From an uncultured beta proteobacterium (GTDB taxonomy: Bacteria; Pseudomonadota; Gammaproteobacteria; Burkholderiales; Burkholderiaceae_C), in NCBI GenBank assembly GCA_963717575.1, contig CAVQWK010000034.1:30300-94299 (forward strand): 64,000 nucleotides of DNA, in the 5' to 3' direction. The stretch's first letter is position 1, and every line of letters begins with the position of its first letter. Under the pieces are notes generated by a model. The model did not search any database, was not told the origin of the DNA, and worked only from the letters and a program-made list of their open reading frames with translations. Both the position numbers and the translations under genes were made by a program. Of this stretch, positions 33,144 through 43,584 are shown piece after piece.

Positions 33144-35549
33144 TTACATCAATTCGAATCGCGGGCGCTCCTGCAACGCGCTGCCCTTGCCCAGGGTGGC
33201 CTGGATCGCGTCCTCGACGGTCTCCAGCCAGACGAACTGCAACGCCGAGCGCGTGGCCTCGGGCACCTCGTGCAGGTCCTTGCGGTTGCGCGCCGGCAGC
33301 AGGACCAGCGCCAGGCCGGCACGCTGTGCGGCGAGCACCTTTTCCTTGATGCCGCCCACCGGCAGCACCAGCCCGCGCAGGCTGATCTCGCCCGTCATCG
33401 CCGCGTCGTGACGCACGGCGCGGTCGCTGAACAGCGAGGCCAGCGCCACGAACATCGCGACGCCGGCGCTGGGCCCATCCTTCGGGATCGCGCCGGCCGG
33501 CACGTGCAGGTGCACGTCCACGGCGTCGAAGGCGGCGGCCGGGATGTGCAGCGCCGCGGCGGTGGACTTGACGAGCGTGAGCGCGGCCTGCGCGCTCTCC
33601 TTCATCACGTCGCCCAGCTGGCCGGTGAGGATGAGCTTGCCGCTGCCGGCCACGCGCGTGGCCTCGATGAACAGGATGTCGCCGCCGACCGGCGTCCAGG
33701 CCAGGCCGGTGGCCACGCCGGGCAGGCTGGCGCGCAGCGCCGCCTCGTGCTCGAATTTCGCCGGCCCCAGGATCGCTTCCACCTGCGCCGCATCCACGGT
33801 CACCGCCGGCGCGCCGCCCTCGGCCACGCGCATGGCCACCGAGCGCATCACGCGCGCGATCTCGCGTTCGAACTGGCGCACGCCGGCCTCGCGCGTGTGG
33901 CCGGCCACGATGGCCTGCAGCGCCTCGTCGCTGATCGACGCACTGCTCGGCACGCAGGCCGTTGGCTTCCAGCTGCCGCGGCACCAGGTAGCGGTGCGCG
34001 ATCTGCAGCTTCTCTTCCTGCGTGTAGCCGGGCAGTTCGATCACCTCCATGCGGTCGCGCACCGGCGGCGAGACGTTGTCGATGACGTTCGCGGTGGCGA
34101 TGAAGACGACGCGGCTCAGGTCGAAGGGCACGCCCAGGTAGTTGTCGCGGAAGGTGGAGTTCTGCTCCGGGTCCAGCACCTCCAGCAGCGCCGCGGACGG
34201 GTCGCCCTGGTAGCTGGCACTGAGCTTGTCGACTTCGTCCAGCATCATCACGCAGTCGCGCGCACCGGCCTTGCGCAGGGCCTGCACGATATTGCCCGGC
34301 AACGCGCCGACGTAGGTGCGGCGGTGGCCGCGCATCTCGGCCTCGTCGTGCACGCCGCCCAGCGACACCCGCGCGAAGGGCCGCTGCAGCGCCCTGGCGA
34401 TGCTCTGGCCGAGCGAGGTCTTGCCCACGCCCGGCGGGCCCACGAAGCACAGGATCGGCGCCCGCCCCTGCGGGTTGAGCTTCTTCACGGCCAGGAATTC
34501 CAGGATGCGCTGCTTCACGCGCTCGAGCCCGAAGTGATCGGCCTCCAGCGTGGCACGGGCCGCGGCCAAGTCGATGGGCGGGCTTTCGGGCACGCTCCAG
34601 GGCAGTTCGACCATCCACTCGATCCAGGTCTGCAACGGCCCGGTCTCGGCACCGCATGCCGGAGGTGCGGCGCAGCCGCTGCAACTCCTTGCGCACATGG
34701 GCTTCGGTGTCGGGCGGCATGCCGGCCTTGCCGATGGCCTGCTCCAGGCGCTCGATCTCCGGGTCGTGATCGCCCTCTTCGCCCAGTTCCTTCTGGATCG
34801 TCTTGAGCTGCTCGCGCAGGATGTACTTGCGCTCGCGGTCCTGCAGTTGCTCCTTGGTGCGCTCGCCGATCTCCTGCGACAGGCGCAGCACCTCGATGCG
34901 GTGCGTCAGCAACTCCAGCACCTTCTGCAGCCGTTCTTCGGTGGACAGCATCTCCAGCAGCATCTGCTTCTCGGACAGCTCGACGTCCATCAGGCTGGCG
35001 GTGATGTCGGCCAGCTGCGAGGGCGCGCGCGTGGCCTGCAGCGCGTGCGCCAGCTCGGCGGGCACGCCGGGCAGCAGCGAGAGGATCTCCACCGCCCGCT
35101 CGCGCAACTGCATGCCCAGCGCCTCGGCGGCGGTCGACGGCTGCTCGGGCTCCTCGATGCGCTCGGATGCGCGCCGCCAGGAAGGGGTGGCCGGGCACCA
35201 GTTCGAGCAGCCGGAACCTCTGCTGGCCGTGGCACACGGCGTGGATCTGGCCGTCGGCCGCATCCACCTGGCGCACCACGGTGGCCAGCGTGCCGACGGC
35301 GCACAGGTCGTCGAACCCCGGCTCGTCGACCTGGGCCTTCTTCTGCAGCACGATGCCCAGCGGCGCGTCGGCCGCCACGGCCTGGCGCAGCGCGGCCAAG
35401 CTGCGGGTGCGACCCACGGTGATGGGCATCAGCACATGCGGGAACAGCACCACGTTGCGCATCGGCACCAGCGCCACGACGTCTTCGGGCAACGCCATCA
35501 CGGCAGGGAGTGGGGTTTCCATGGCATCGAGACGAACTGCAATGTCCAC
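33144..35549 (-). CDS. lon: ATP-dependent Lon protease, frameshifts near 35165, 34655 and 33945
   Basis: [63 protein letters not shown] (Ser), GGIKEK (Lys). Confidence 0.92.
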
Positions 35550-35576
35550 ACCATAGGCGCCTGTACGCGCGAGGCG

Positions 35577-35590
35577 TTGCGCATACGCAA
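35577..35590. promoter_or_regulatory. FNR-like box between divergent lon and kinase genes
   Basis: TTGCG-CATA-CGCAA. Confidence 0.7.
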
Positions 35591-35690
35591 TCCAGCTGCG
35601 TCGGAGCCGCCGGCCTGCCGACGACAGGCCGGTTGCAGCCCGTCCGGCTTGTTACTCTTGTCGTATGCGGCACCGCCGGCTCCAGCACCC

Positions 35691-36816
35691 ATGACAGCCC
35701 CTCCCCTGCCCCGAACCGAAGCCGTGCCCGACAGCCAGGCAGCCCTGCACTTCCTGCAGTCGCCCGCCGCGCATCGGGGCCACGCCGGCCGGATCGACGC
35801 CGTGGAGACGATCGAGACCCACATGTCCTGGGTGTTCCTGGCCGGCGACCACGTGCTCAAGCTGAAGAAGCCGGTGCGCTACCCCTTCCTGGACTTCTCG
35901 ACGCTGGCCGCGCGCGAGTACTACTGCCGCGAGGAGCTGCGGCTGAATGCGCGCCTGGCGCCGGATGTCTACCTGGGCTTGATGGCCCTGCAGCAGCGCG
36001 ACGGCGGCTACGCGCTGGTGCCCGATGCGCGACGGCCGCTGCCCGGCGCACACGGTCGACTGGCTGGTGCTGATGCGCCGGCTCCCGGCGCAGCGCATGC
36101 TCGACCGCCTGATCGCCGAAGGCGGCGTCGCCGCGAAGACATCGACGCGCTGGTCGGCGTGCTGGCCGACTTCTACCGCGGCGCCACGGTCGCCGGCGAC
36201 CGCCGGCGGAATACCTGGCGCGCTTCCAGCGCGAGCAGGCGGTCAACCGCGAGGTGCTGTTGCGGCCGCAGTTCCACCTGCAGCCGCGCCGCGGCAGCGC
36301 TCGACGGCCTCGACGCCGCGCTGCTGCGGCACTGCCGCCCTGCTGCGCGACGCGCCGCCGACGGGCCGCATCGTCGACGGCCACGGCGACCTGCGGCCCG
36401 AACACGTGTGCCTGCTGCGGCCGCCCGGTGGTCATCGACTGCCTCGAGTTCAACGCCGCGTTGCGCCAGGTCGATCCCGTTCGACGAACTCTGCTTCCTC
36501 GCGCTCGAGTGCGAAATGGCCGGTGCGCCCTGGATCGGCCCGCGACTCGTGGCCGCCTGCGCTGGCGGCGCCTGGCCGATGCGCCGCCGCCCGCGCTGCT
36601 GCACCTGTACACCGCGTACCGGCGCTGCTGCGGGCCCGCCTGGCGATGGCCCACCTGCTCGACCCGCAACCGCGCACGCCGCTGAAGTGGGCGCCGCTGG
36701 CGCAGCGCTACGTCGATCGCAGCCTGGCCGCGCTCGCAAGCCTCGAGACGCGGCCGCGCGGGGTCCTGGCGCCGGCGACGGCGCGCTCAGCGCAGCCAAG
36801 CCGCGGCACTCCCTGA
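35691..36816 (+). CDS. Aminoglycoside-phosphotransferase-like kinase (Rv2004c N-domain type), multiple frameshifts
   Basis: [45 protein letters not shown] and IDCLEFN in different frames. Confidence 0.75.
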
Positions 36817-37746
36817 TCGCCTGCGCGAACAGCGGTACGGCCGACACGACCCGCAGCTTGCGGCCACCGGCCCGGCCGGCGGGCAGGCGAAAGGCAGGCA
36901 CGCTGTCGGTCACCACGACGGCGCCGATGCGCGGGTCGGCCAGCGCCGTGGCCGCAGTGCCGATGAACAGGCCGTGCGCCGCCAGCGCGATGACCTCGCG
37001 CGCGCCGGCGTGGCGCAACGCCGTGGCGGCACCGCTGCATCGTCTCGCCGCTGGCGATGAGGTCGTCGAGCAGCAGCACGGTCGTGCCGTCCACATCGCC
37101 GGCCACGAGCGTGCAGCTCGTGACCAGGCCGAGACTGCGCCGCTTGTCGACCATCGCGAAGTGCACCGGCCGCGCCAGGCGCGCCTCGAGTGACTCGCGC
37201 CACAGCAGCGCCCGCTTGACGCCGCCCGGGTCGGGCGAAGCCACCGCCAGCGGGTCGTCGCCGGCCAGTTCGTGCAACAGTCGCGTCGAATGCGCGGTGC
37301 GCATCCAGGTGCAGCGTCGTGCAGCGGAAGGCGTTCTGGAACGCGGCCACGTTGTGCGCCTCGAGCACGATCACCTGGTCCGTGCCCACGGCTTCGAACA
37401 ATTGCGCCACGTAGCGCAGCGTGACCGGGTCGAAGGGCTTGGTCTGGCGGTCCTTGCGCGCATAGGCCAGGTAGGGCACGACGGCGGTGACCCGGGCCGC
37501 GCCGTGCTCGCGCAGCGTGGCAATGAACAGCAGCAGCCGGCACAACTTGTCGTGCGGGCTTTCGTGCGGCCCGCCGTGCAGGCTGCAGAGGACGTAGACG
37601 TCGTCGCCGCGCGGGTCGACCAGCGGCCGCAACTTGTGTTCGCCGTCCTCGAAGCGCCGATCCTCGTGGCGCGCCAGGGTTTCGTCGAGCGCAGCCGCCA
37701 GCACCGGGGCCAGTCGACATTCGGGGTCAAGAGAGAAGAGCAACAT
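36787..37746 (-). CDS. prs: Ribose-phosphate pyrophosphokinase, frameshifted
   Basis: [51 protein letters not shown]; 3' end approximate. Confidence 0.88.
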
Positions 37747-37902
37747 GTCGGCAATCTCCACTGTCCTGCACCACCACTGCCGGCCAGCGCGAGGAACACT
37801 GCACCAGGGTGCGCCGACCCGGCTTCATGGGCCTGCCGTCTCCAGCAGCGACGGCACCTGCACCCTCGATGGCGCAGTCTCGGTCACTCGCGCCGCAGCG
37901 AG

Positions 37903-37916
37903 TTGAGTGCGCGCAA
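37903..37916. promoter_or_regulatory. FNR-like box between prs and the small membrane protein gene
   Basis: TTGAG-TGCG-CGCAA. Confidence 0.7.
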
Positions 37917-38063
37917 TGCGGACCCATCCGGTCGCTGGCAACCTCTTCAACGCACTGGCGTGGTTCACCTGCAGTACGTCAGCCGATCCACCCGCCTGCC
38001 GCAGCCGCTTCAGCCTCTCCGAGGCGTCAGTCGCGACGGGCAAGCCATCCGGAGGTACCGGCG

Positions 38064-38231
38064 ATGATCCGCAATCGACGCACCCGGCGCGTCATAGCCG
38101 GAGCACTGGTCGTGCTCGGTGGGTTGCTGCTGCTGATGGCACCGTCGGTCCATTACGGGCTGATCGCCTTTGGCATGGGCGTCGTGCTCGAGTTGGCGGG
38201 CATCGCCCTCGAGCGTCGCGGGTCTTCCTGA
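38064..38231 (+). CDS. Small two-TM membrane protein
   Basis: GGAGG RBS; MIRNRRTRR followed by two hydrophobic segments, 55 aa. Confidence 0.65.
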   Translation: MIRNRRTRRVIAGALVVLGGLLLLMAPSVHYGLIAFGMGVVLELAGIALERRGSS

Positions 38232-38333
38232 GACCTGCTGGAGGCCGGATGAACACGGTCAACATCCTGGTGACCGGCACGGCGGTGCCTGGACGCTGCA
38301 GTGGCGTCACACGCACGAGCAGGCGCCGTGAGA

Positions 38334-38347
38334 TTGCGTGGACTCAA
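38334..38347. promoter_or_regulatory. FNR-like box upstream of hsp20
   Basis: (GA)TTGCG-TGGA-CTCAA(TC). Confidence 0.7.
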
Positions 38348-38440
38348 TCGCGTCTGCGTCAGGTTGCGGCAAATTTTCAACAGGTCGGGCGGAGGCTGGT
38401 TCTTCCGCCTGTTGTTCAACCCTCTGCAAGGAGATCTGCA

Positions 38441-38866
38441 ATGAGCGAACTTCGTCTGTTTGATCCGTTGGCGCTGGAGCCTCTGGAAGATACGTTCCGC
38501 AGCCTGATGCGGCCGTGGCGGATGGAGGGCATGGAAGTCGCACCGCGCATCAAGCTCGACCTCAGTGAGCTCGACAACAGCTACACCGTGAAGGCCGAGA
38601 TCCCCGGCGTGCGCAAGGAAGACATCGACGTGCGTGTCGACGGGAACGTGGTGACGATCAGCGCCGAAGTGAAGAAAGAGAAGGAAGAGAAGAAGGAAGG
38701 CCGTGTGCTGCGCAGTGAGCGGCAGGAGGGCTACGCCAGCCGCAGCTTCACGCTGGCCTGCCCGGTCGATGAGGCCAAGGCGGCCGCGAAGTACGAGAAC
38801 GGCATTCTCGAGTTGTCGTTGCCCAAGAAGGCGGAGACCTCGACGAAGCGGCTGTCAGTGCAATAG
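38441..38866 (+). CDS. Hsp20/alpha-crystallin small heat-shock protein
   Basis: AAGGAG RBS; AEIPGVRKEDI, RSER..G..SRSF, AKYENGILEL.LPK. Confidence 0.95.
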   Translation: MSELRLFDPLALEPLEDTFRSLMRPWRMEGMEVAPRIKLDLSELDNSYTVKAEIPGVRKEDIDVRVDGNVVTISAEVKKEKEEKKEGRVLRSERQEGYASRSFTLACPVDEAKAAAKYENGILELSLPKKAETSTKRLSVQ

Positions 38867-39087
38867 CGGGCCTACTCTGAGCCTGCAGCGGCGAAGGGGA
38901 AGCCCGAGCCGCTGCCGTCGGAAGCCCTCAGCCGCGCACGTCGCTCACGCCAGCGCAGCGTCGCCGCGCCTCGGCCCGCGGAGCCGGGCATTCACCGATT
39001 CAACGACTCAGACTACCTCGACGGCGGGCCGGACTGCGGATCGCGCTCCCGGCCGCCCGGTTGCCCGGACGCCTCGACGCACGTGGA

Positions 39088-39966
39088 TCACTGCTGCTGG
39101 ATGGCACGGCACTCCGCCTCGCGCCCACGCACGACACGACGTCCGGCCAGCGGCCCGTGCGTGGCGGTGACCACCGTGTACTGCCGCTCGCCGTGCGCCG
39201 GATCCTCGCCGTACAGCACGACCCAGTCGTCGATCCGGCCCAGCGCATGCGCGCGTGCCGTGTTCGAGTACAGGGCCGTGAAGTGCCAGTCGCCGCGCTG
39301 CGTGTGCAGCACCGGCAGCCAGGCTTCGCCGCGCGGATTGAACCGCCGGGGCGCGATCTTCGCCAGCGTGCCGGCCTGTGCCGCAGCACGGTATTCGCGA
39401 TCCACGTCCAGCAGCCACTCGACCGGCGGCTCCCGTGCCGCGGTGGCTGCCGGCGCGGGGCGGCGCGAGGCCCGCGTGCGGCCGAGCATCTGGGCCAGCG
39501 CGGCGCGGATCGCCGCGGCGCGGCGCGCCCCGACGTGCGGCACACGCTCCAGCCGGCCATCGTGCGCGGCCACCTCCAGCGCCTCCAGCGTGTCGACGCC
39601 CAGCGACTCGTGCAAGCGATGGGCAAGGCCGCCGCCGACGCCGGGAATGGTTTGCAGCACCGCCTCGGGGTCGGCATCCCCGCGCAGGCGTTCGAGCTGG
39701 CCCCAGGCACCAGTGGCAAGCATCTCGCCGATCGCCGCCGTGATGCGCGGGCCGATGCCGGGCAGCGCGTCGAGCCCGGCGGGACCCTCGCGGTCGAAGA
39801 TCTCGCGCACGCCGTGATCCAACTGCGCCACGGTATCGGCTGCATTCCGGTAAGCGGCGGCGCGGTAGGGATTCGCGCCCTGCGCCTCCAGCAGCAAGGC
39901 CATCTCGCGCAGCCGCTCGGCGATCCACGCGTTCTCGCCTGCCGCCACGCTCACGTCATGCGCCAT
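39088..39966 (-). CDS. Helix-hairpin-helix DNA-binding protein (PolX N-terminal-like plus unknown C-domain)
   Basis: N..IA..L.EMA.LLE.QGANPYR..AY; HhH motifs LPGIGP, IPGVGG, VPHVG; no recognisable polymerase core. Confidence 0.8.
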   Translation of the reverse strand: MAHDVSVAAGENAWIAERLREMALLLEAQGANPYRAAAYRNAADTVAQLDHGVREIFDREGPAGLDALPGIGPRITAAIGEMLATGAWGQLERLRGDADPEAVLQTIPGVGGGLAHRLHESLGVDTLEALEVAAHDGRLERVPHVGARRAAAIRAALAQMLGRTRASRRPAPAATAAREPPVEWLLDVDREYRAAAQAGTLAKIAPRRFNPRGEAWLPVLHTQRGDWHFTALYSNTARAHALGRIDDWVVLYGEDPAHGERQYTVVTATHGPLAGRRVVRGREAECRAIQQQ

Positions 39967-40015
39967 CGTTCCTTCTCCATGCCCCGCAGGTTCGCGCCCA
40001 TGGCCCAGGAGCGCA

Positions 40016-40029
40016 TTGCGTGTGCTCAA
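40016..40029. promoter_or_regulatory. FNR-like box upstream of the HhH gene (second near match at 40054-40067)
   Basis: TTGCG-TGTG-CTCAA; CTGCG-CGAA-CGCAA. Confidence 0.7.
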
Positions 40030-40088
40030 TCACCACGCGTCGGGGCCGGGCAACTGCGCGAACGCAAGATCCGGCCCTGAAGCGCGCC

Positions 40089-40775
40089 TTATCGGCCCGG
40101 CGCCAGCGTCTGCAGCCTCTTTGCGGCCTCGTCGCGCCAGGTCCGTAACCCCGCCTGCACGACTTCGATCCAGGTCCCGTCGGTGATGAGTTGCCGCGGT
40201 TCCACGTGGTGGGTCTCCACCCGGCGGGTGCCCGGCATGCCGGCAATGTCCAGATCGGCGGCGATCCGCGTGTTGACGGTGATGGCCCAGAAGCCCGGGT
40301 TCAGCCAAGCCCAGAAGTCCTTCACGCGCACGTCGACGATCATCGCCGCCGACGGGGCTGCGCCAGCGTCGACGACCTGGTAGCCCGACTGCGTGAAGGC
40401 ATCGGCCAGCGTGCTGCGCACGACACCCTCGACGGTCTGGCCACTCTGCAACAGGACATCGCCGAGCGCCTGGCCGAAGGAGTTGCGCTTGCGGCCGATC
40501 GCTCGCGACTTGGTGTCGGCTGTCGCCTGCTGGGTGCCTTCAAGGCCGAGCGACGGTGTGCTCGGGTCGTCGGGGGCCTGCTCGAAGGTACGCTCGTCCT
40601 TCACGGTTCGGATGACGGCAAACCCCTTCATCGCCGGCGCGGGGGCCGTTGCCGCTCCCGCAGGCGCCGCCGCTGCGCGGGTGTCGAGCTTGATCTCGCT
40701 GCGGCTGGTGGCGCAGCCTACGAGGGCGGCACAGGCCGTCGACATCAGGAGAGCGGGGACGAGACGCGGGGCCAT
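40089..40775 (-). CDS. Lipoprotein (YajG-like)
   Basis: Lipobox LVGC; IGRKRNSFGQALGDV motif. Confidence 0.7.
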   Translation of the reverse strand: MAPRLVPALLMSTACAALVGCATSRSEIKLDTRAAAAPAGAATAPAPAMKGFAVIRTVKDERTFEQAPDDPSTPSLGLEGTQQATADTKSRAIGRKRNSFGQALGDVLLQSGQTVEGVVRSTLADAFTQSGYQVVDAGAAPSAAMIVDVRVKDFWAWLNPGFWAITVNTRIAADLDIAGMPGTRRVETHHVEPRQLITDGTWIEVVQAGLRTWRDEAAKRLQTLAPGR

Positions 40776-40912
40776 ATGAACCTCATTGTTGATGTTCCGC
40801 ACATCCCCCAGCGCTGGCGGCCGGGGGAGCGTCGAAGCCGCGAACAGTGGGCGGAACCTTTCACGGCCCGTGACTCTTGCCCGTGATCATCCACGACGCC
40901 GGCCGTTCCGCA

Positions 40913-40926
40913 TTGAGTGGGCGCAA
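40913..40926. promoter_or_regulatory. FNR-like box upstream of the PAS kinase
   Basis: TTGAG-TGGG-CGCAA. Confidence 0.7.
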
Positions 40927-40986
40927 ACGGCAAGAGGCGACCGGCCACGGGTCCAGCCGTAGAATTCGCACCACGGATTGCCGCTC

Positions 40987-42492
40987 ATGACCGAACCGAC
41001 GCCGCCCGGGCTTGCCGCCAGTCTCTTCGACACGCCGCTCGGCGTCGTCGCCCAGGCCGCACGGGAGGCCATCGTGGTCATCGACCATCAGCAGCGCATC
41101 GTTGCCCTCAACCCGGCGGCGCAGCGGATGTTCCTCTGCAGTTCGGCGGCAGCGATCGGCCAGCCCTTGTCGAGCCTGATTCCCGCGCCAATGCGTGCCG
41201 CACACGAGCACCATGTCCGGGAGTTCGAGGCCTCGGGTGTGACCGAGCGCGCGATGGGCAAGCGCAGTTCCATCACCGGTCTGCGCTCCGATGGACAGGA
41301 ATTCCCGGCCGAAGCCACGATCTCGCGCATCGAACTCGCCATCGACGGCCAGCCGCACCCGTTCTTCGTGGCCCTGCTGCGCGACCTCAGCCAGGAGCGC
41401 GCCCTGCACGAGGAAGTGGAGGCACTGACGCGGCGCTTTCGCACCGTGCTGGACATGGCGCCGGTGGCGATGTGGATCAGCGACGGCGACCATGTCGCTT
41501 TCGCCAACCGCGCGGCCGTTGAACTGTTCGGGGGGCGCCAGGGCGAGAGCCTCGTGGGGCGCTCGATCTATACCCTGATGCACCCGGCATCGCACGACAA
41601 GTTGCGCTTGCAGGTGGCGAGCGCCATCGCCGGCGATGGCGCCACGCAGGTGGTCTCCGGCGCCATTGCCCGGCTCGACGGCGAGGCGCGCGAGGTCGAG
41701 ATCGCCTCTGCGGCGCTGCCCGACCACGGCCGCACGGTCGTGCAGATGGTCATCACCGACATCACCCAACGCCAGCAGCAGGCGCGTGAACAGGTCAACC
41801 ACCGCGAGGAGTTGCGGCGCCTGTCGGCCAGCGTGGTGGAGGCCCGCGAGGAGGAGCGCCGCCGCATCGCGCGCGAGCTGCACGACGAATTGGGCCAGCG
41901 ACTGACGGCGCTCAAGATGGAGTTGTCCAGCCTCGGACCCGCAGCGGCCAGGCGGTCCCAGGACGGACGCATCGCCAAGATGCTGGAGATGGTCGACGAC
42001 ACGGTGGCCGCGGTGCGACGCATCGCGGCCGACCTGCGCCCCATGATGCTGGACGACCTCGGCCTGAATGCGGCCATCGAGTGGCTGGCACGTGACGCCG
42101 CCCGCCGCATGGGCACCGAGATCACCGTGCGCCTGGGCGAAGAAGACCCGCCGGTGGCCCCGGGTGCCGCCATTGCGCTGTACCGCATGGTGCAGGAGGC
42201 GCTGACGAACGTGGCGCGGCATGCCCACGCCACCGACGTCTGCATCGAGATGCGCCAGGAGGGCGGCGAACTCGTGCTCAGGGTGCGCGACAACGGCGTC
42301 GGATTCCCCGATCGTTCGACTCAGCAGGACGGCCGCTACGGCCTGCTGGGCATACGCGAGCGCGCCTACATGCTCGGCGGCCGGCTCGAGGTGGACAACC
42401 CGCCGGGCGGCGGCGGCCGCGTCACGGTCAGGCTGCCGCTGGCGCCCGCCGACCGCACCGCCGGCGCCGCCAACCAACCCCAGGCCGCATGA
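40987..42492 (+). CDS. Cytoplasmic PAS-PAS histidine kinase (HisKA_3, NarX/UhpB class)
   Basis: Two PAS repeats (NPAAQRMF, NRAAVELF), ERRRIARELHDELGQ, QEALTNVARHA, DNGVG, GLLGIRER; no TM segment. Confidence 0.93.
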   Translation: MTEPTPPGLAASLFDTPLGVVAQAAREAIVVIDHQQRIVALNPAAQRMFLCSSAAAIGQPLSSLIPAPMRAAHEHHVREFEASGVTERAMGKRSSITGLRSDGQEFPAEATISRIELAIDGQPHPFFVALLRDLSQERALHEEVEALTRRFRTVLDMAPVAMWISDGDHVAFANRAAVELFGGRQGESLVGRSIYTLMHPASHDKLRLQVASAIAGDGATQVVSGAIARLDGEAREVEIASAALPDHGRTVVQMVITDITQRQQQAREQVNHREELRRLSASVVEAREEERRRIARELHDELGQRLTALKMELSSLGPAAARRSQDGRIAKMLEMVDDTVAAVRRIAADLRPMMLDDLGLNAAIEWLARDAARRMGTEITVRLGEEDPPVAPGAAIALYRMVQEALTNVARHAHATDVCIEMRQEGGELVLRVRDNGVGFPDRSTQQDGRYGLLGIRERAYMLGGRLEVDNPPGGGGRVTVRLPLAPADRTAGAANQPQAA

Positions 42493-43217
42493 ACACCTGC
42501 CCGCGCCTGCCCGACGCCCGCCTGCTGCTGGTGGACGACCACACGATCGTGCGCGAAGGGCTCAAGCGCATCCTCGAGGGCACCCAGGAGGGCTGGGACA
42601 TCACCGAGGAGAGCTCGGGCTTCCAGGCCCTGGACAGCCTGCGCCGCGCCCCCTTCGACCTGGCCATCGTCGACCTGTCGATGCCCGGCATGAGCGGCCT
42701 CGAGCTCATCCGGCGCATCCGCACCGAGTTTGCGGCGCTGCCGGTGCTGGTGCTGAGCATGCATGCCGAGGAGGAGTACGCGCTGCGCGCCTTCAAGGCC
42801 GGCGCCAACGGCTATGTCACCAAGGACAGCGCCGCCGAAGAGCTGATCCAGGCCGTGCACAAGGTGCTGCGGGGCGGCGCCTACGTCACCACGAGCCTGG
42901 CCGAGCGGGTGGTGCAGCAGCTCAACGGCAGCGTCGAGGTCCCGCGCCACGCCACGCTGTCGAACCGCGAACTCGAGGTGCTGCGCCGCATCGTTGCCGG
43001 CCAACGTTCGACGGACATCGCCGACGCGCTGCACCTGTCGGTCAAGACCATCAGCACGCACAAGACGCGCATCATGGACAAGCTGCAGCTCACCAGCACG
43101 GCCGCGCTCATCCGCTATGGCATGGAGCACCGGCTGCACGGCGAGGAAGCGCCGGTGGCCTGGGCCGACGAGGGGCAGGAGGCGGCGGAGACGACGCGGC
43201 CGGGTCGGCTCGACTGA
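42489..43217 (+). CDS. NarL/FixJ-family response regulator (LuxR HTH)
   Basis: LVDDH, DLSMPG, GYVTK, LSNRELEV, LSVKTISTH; ATGA overlap with the kinase. Confidence 0.95.
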   Translation: MNTCPRLPDARLLLVDDHTIVREGLKRILEGTQEGWDITEESSGFQALDSLRRAPFDLAIVDLSMPGMSGLELIRRIRTEFAALPVLVLSMHAEEEYALRAFKAGANGYVTKDSAAEELIQAVHKVLRGGAYVTTSLAERVVQQLNGSVEVPRHATLSNRELEVLRRIVAGQRSTDIADALHLSVKTISTHKTRIMDKLQLTSTAALIRYGMEHRLHGEEAPVAWADEGQEAAETTRPGRLD

Positions 43218-43338
43218 CGCGGGTCGCGGCGCCCGCGCCCGTGAGTCCGTCCGGGCTGCCGGCGGCGGTAGGGCCGCGGTGCCGAAGGCGTGGCTGCTCG
43301 CAGGCGGCCGAGGCGCCGGCATCCGGCTCGAGCGCAGG

Positions 43339-43584
43339 TCAGCGCACGCGGGCAGCGAGGTAGGCGACGATGTCGTCCAGGGTCACCAACCGGGCGTAGT
43401 CGGTCTCGGGGATGTCGACGCCGAAGCGCTCGTGCAGGCCGACGATGACGTGCAGCCAGTCCATCGAATCGAGATCGACTTGCTCGCGCAGCGCTTGCCC
43501 GGCCATCAGTTCATCCGCTTCCACCTCGGGGGCGATGGTCAGCAGCACTTCGATCACGCCCGACCGGATCTCAGCTTCGTTCAT
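43339..43584 (-). CDS. Acyl carrier protein
   Basis: Acidic 81 aa; LDSMD phosphopantetheine site; FGVDIPE. Confidence 0.9.
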   Translation of the reverse strand: MNEAEIRSGVIEVLLTIAPEVEADELMAGQALREQVDLDSMDWLHVIVGLHERFGVDIPETDYARLVTLDDIVAYLAARVR

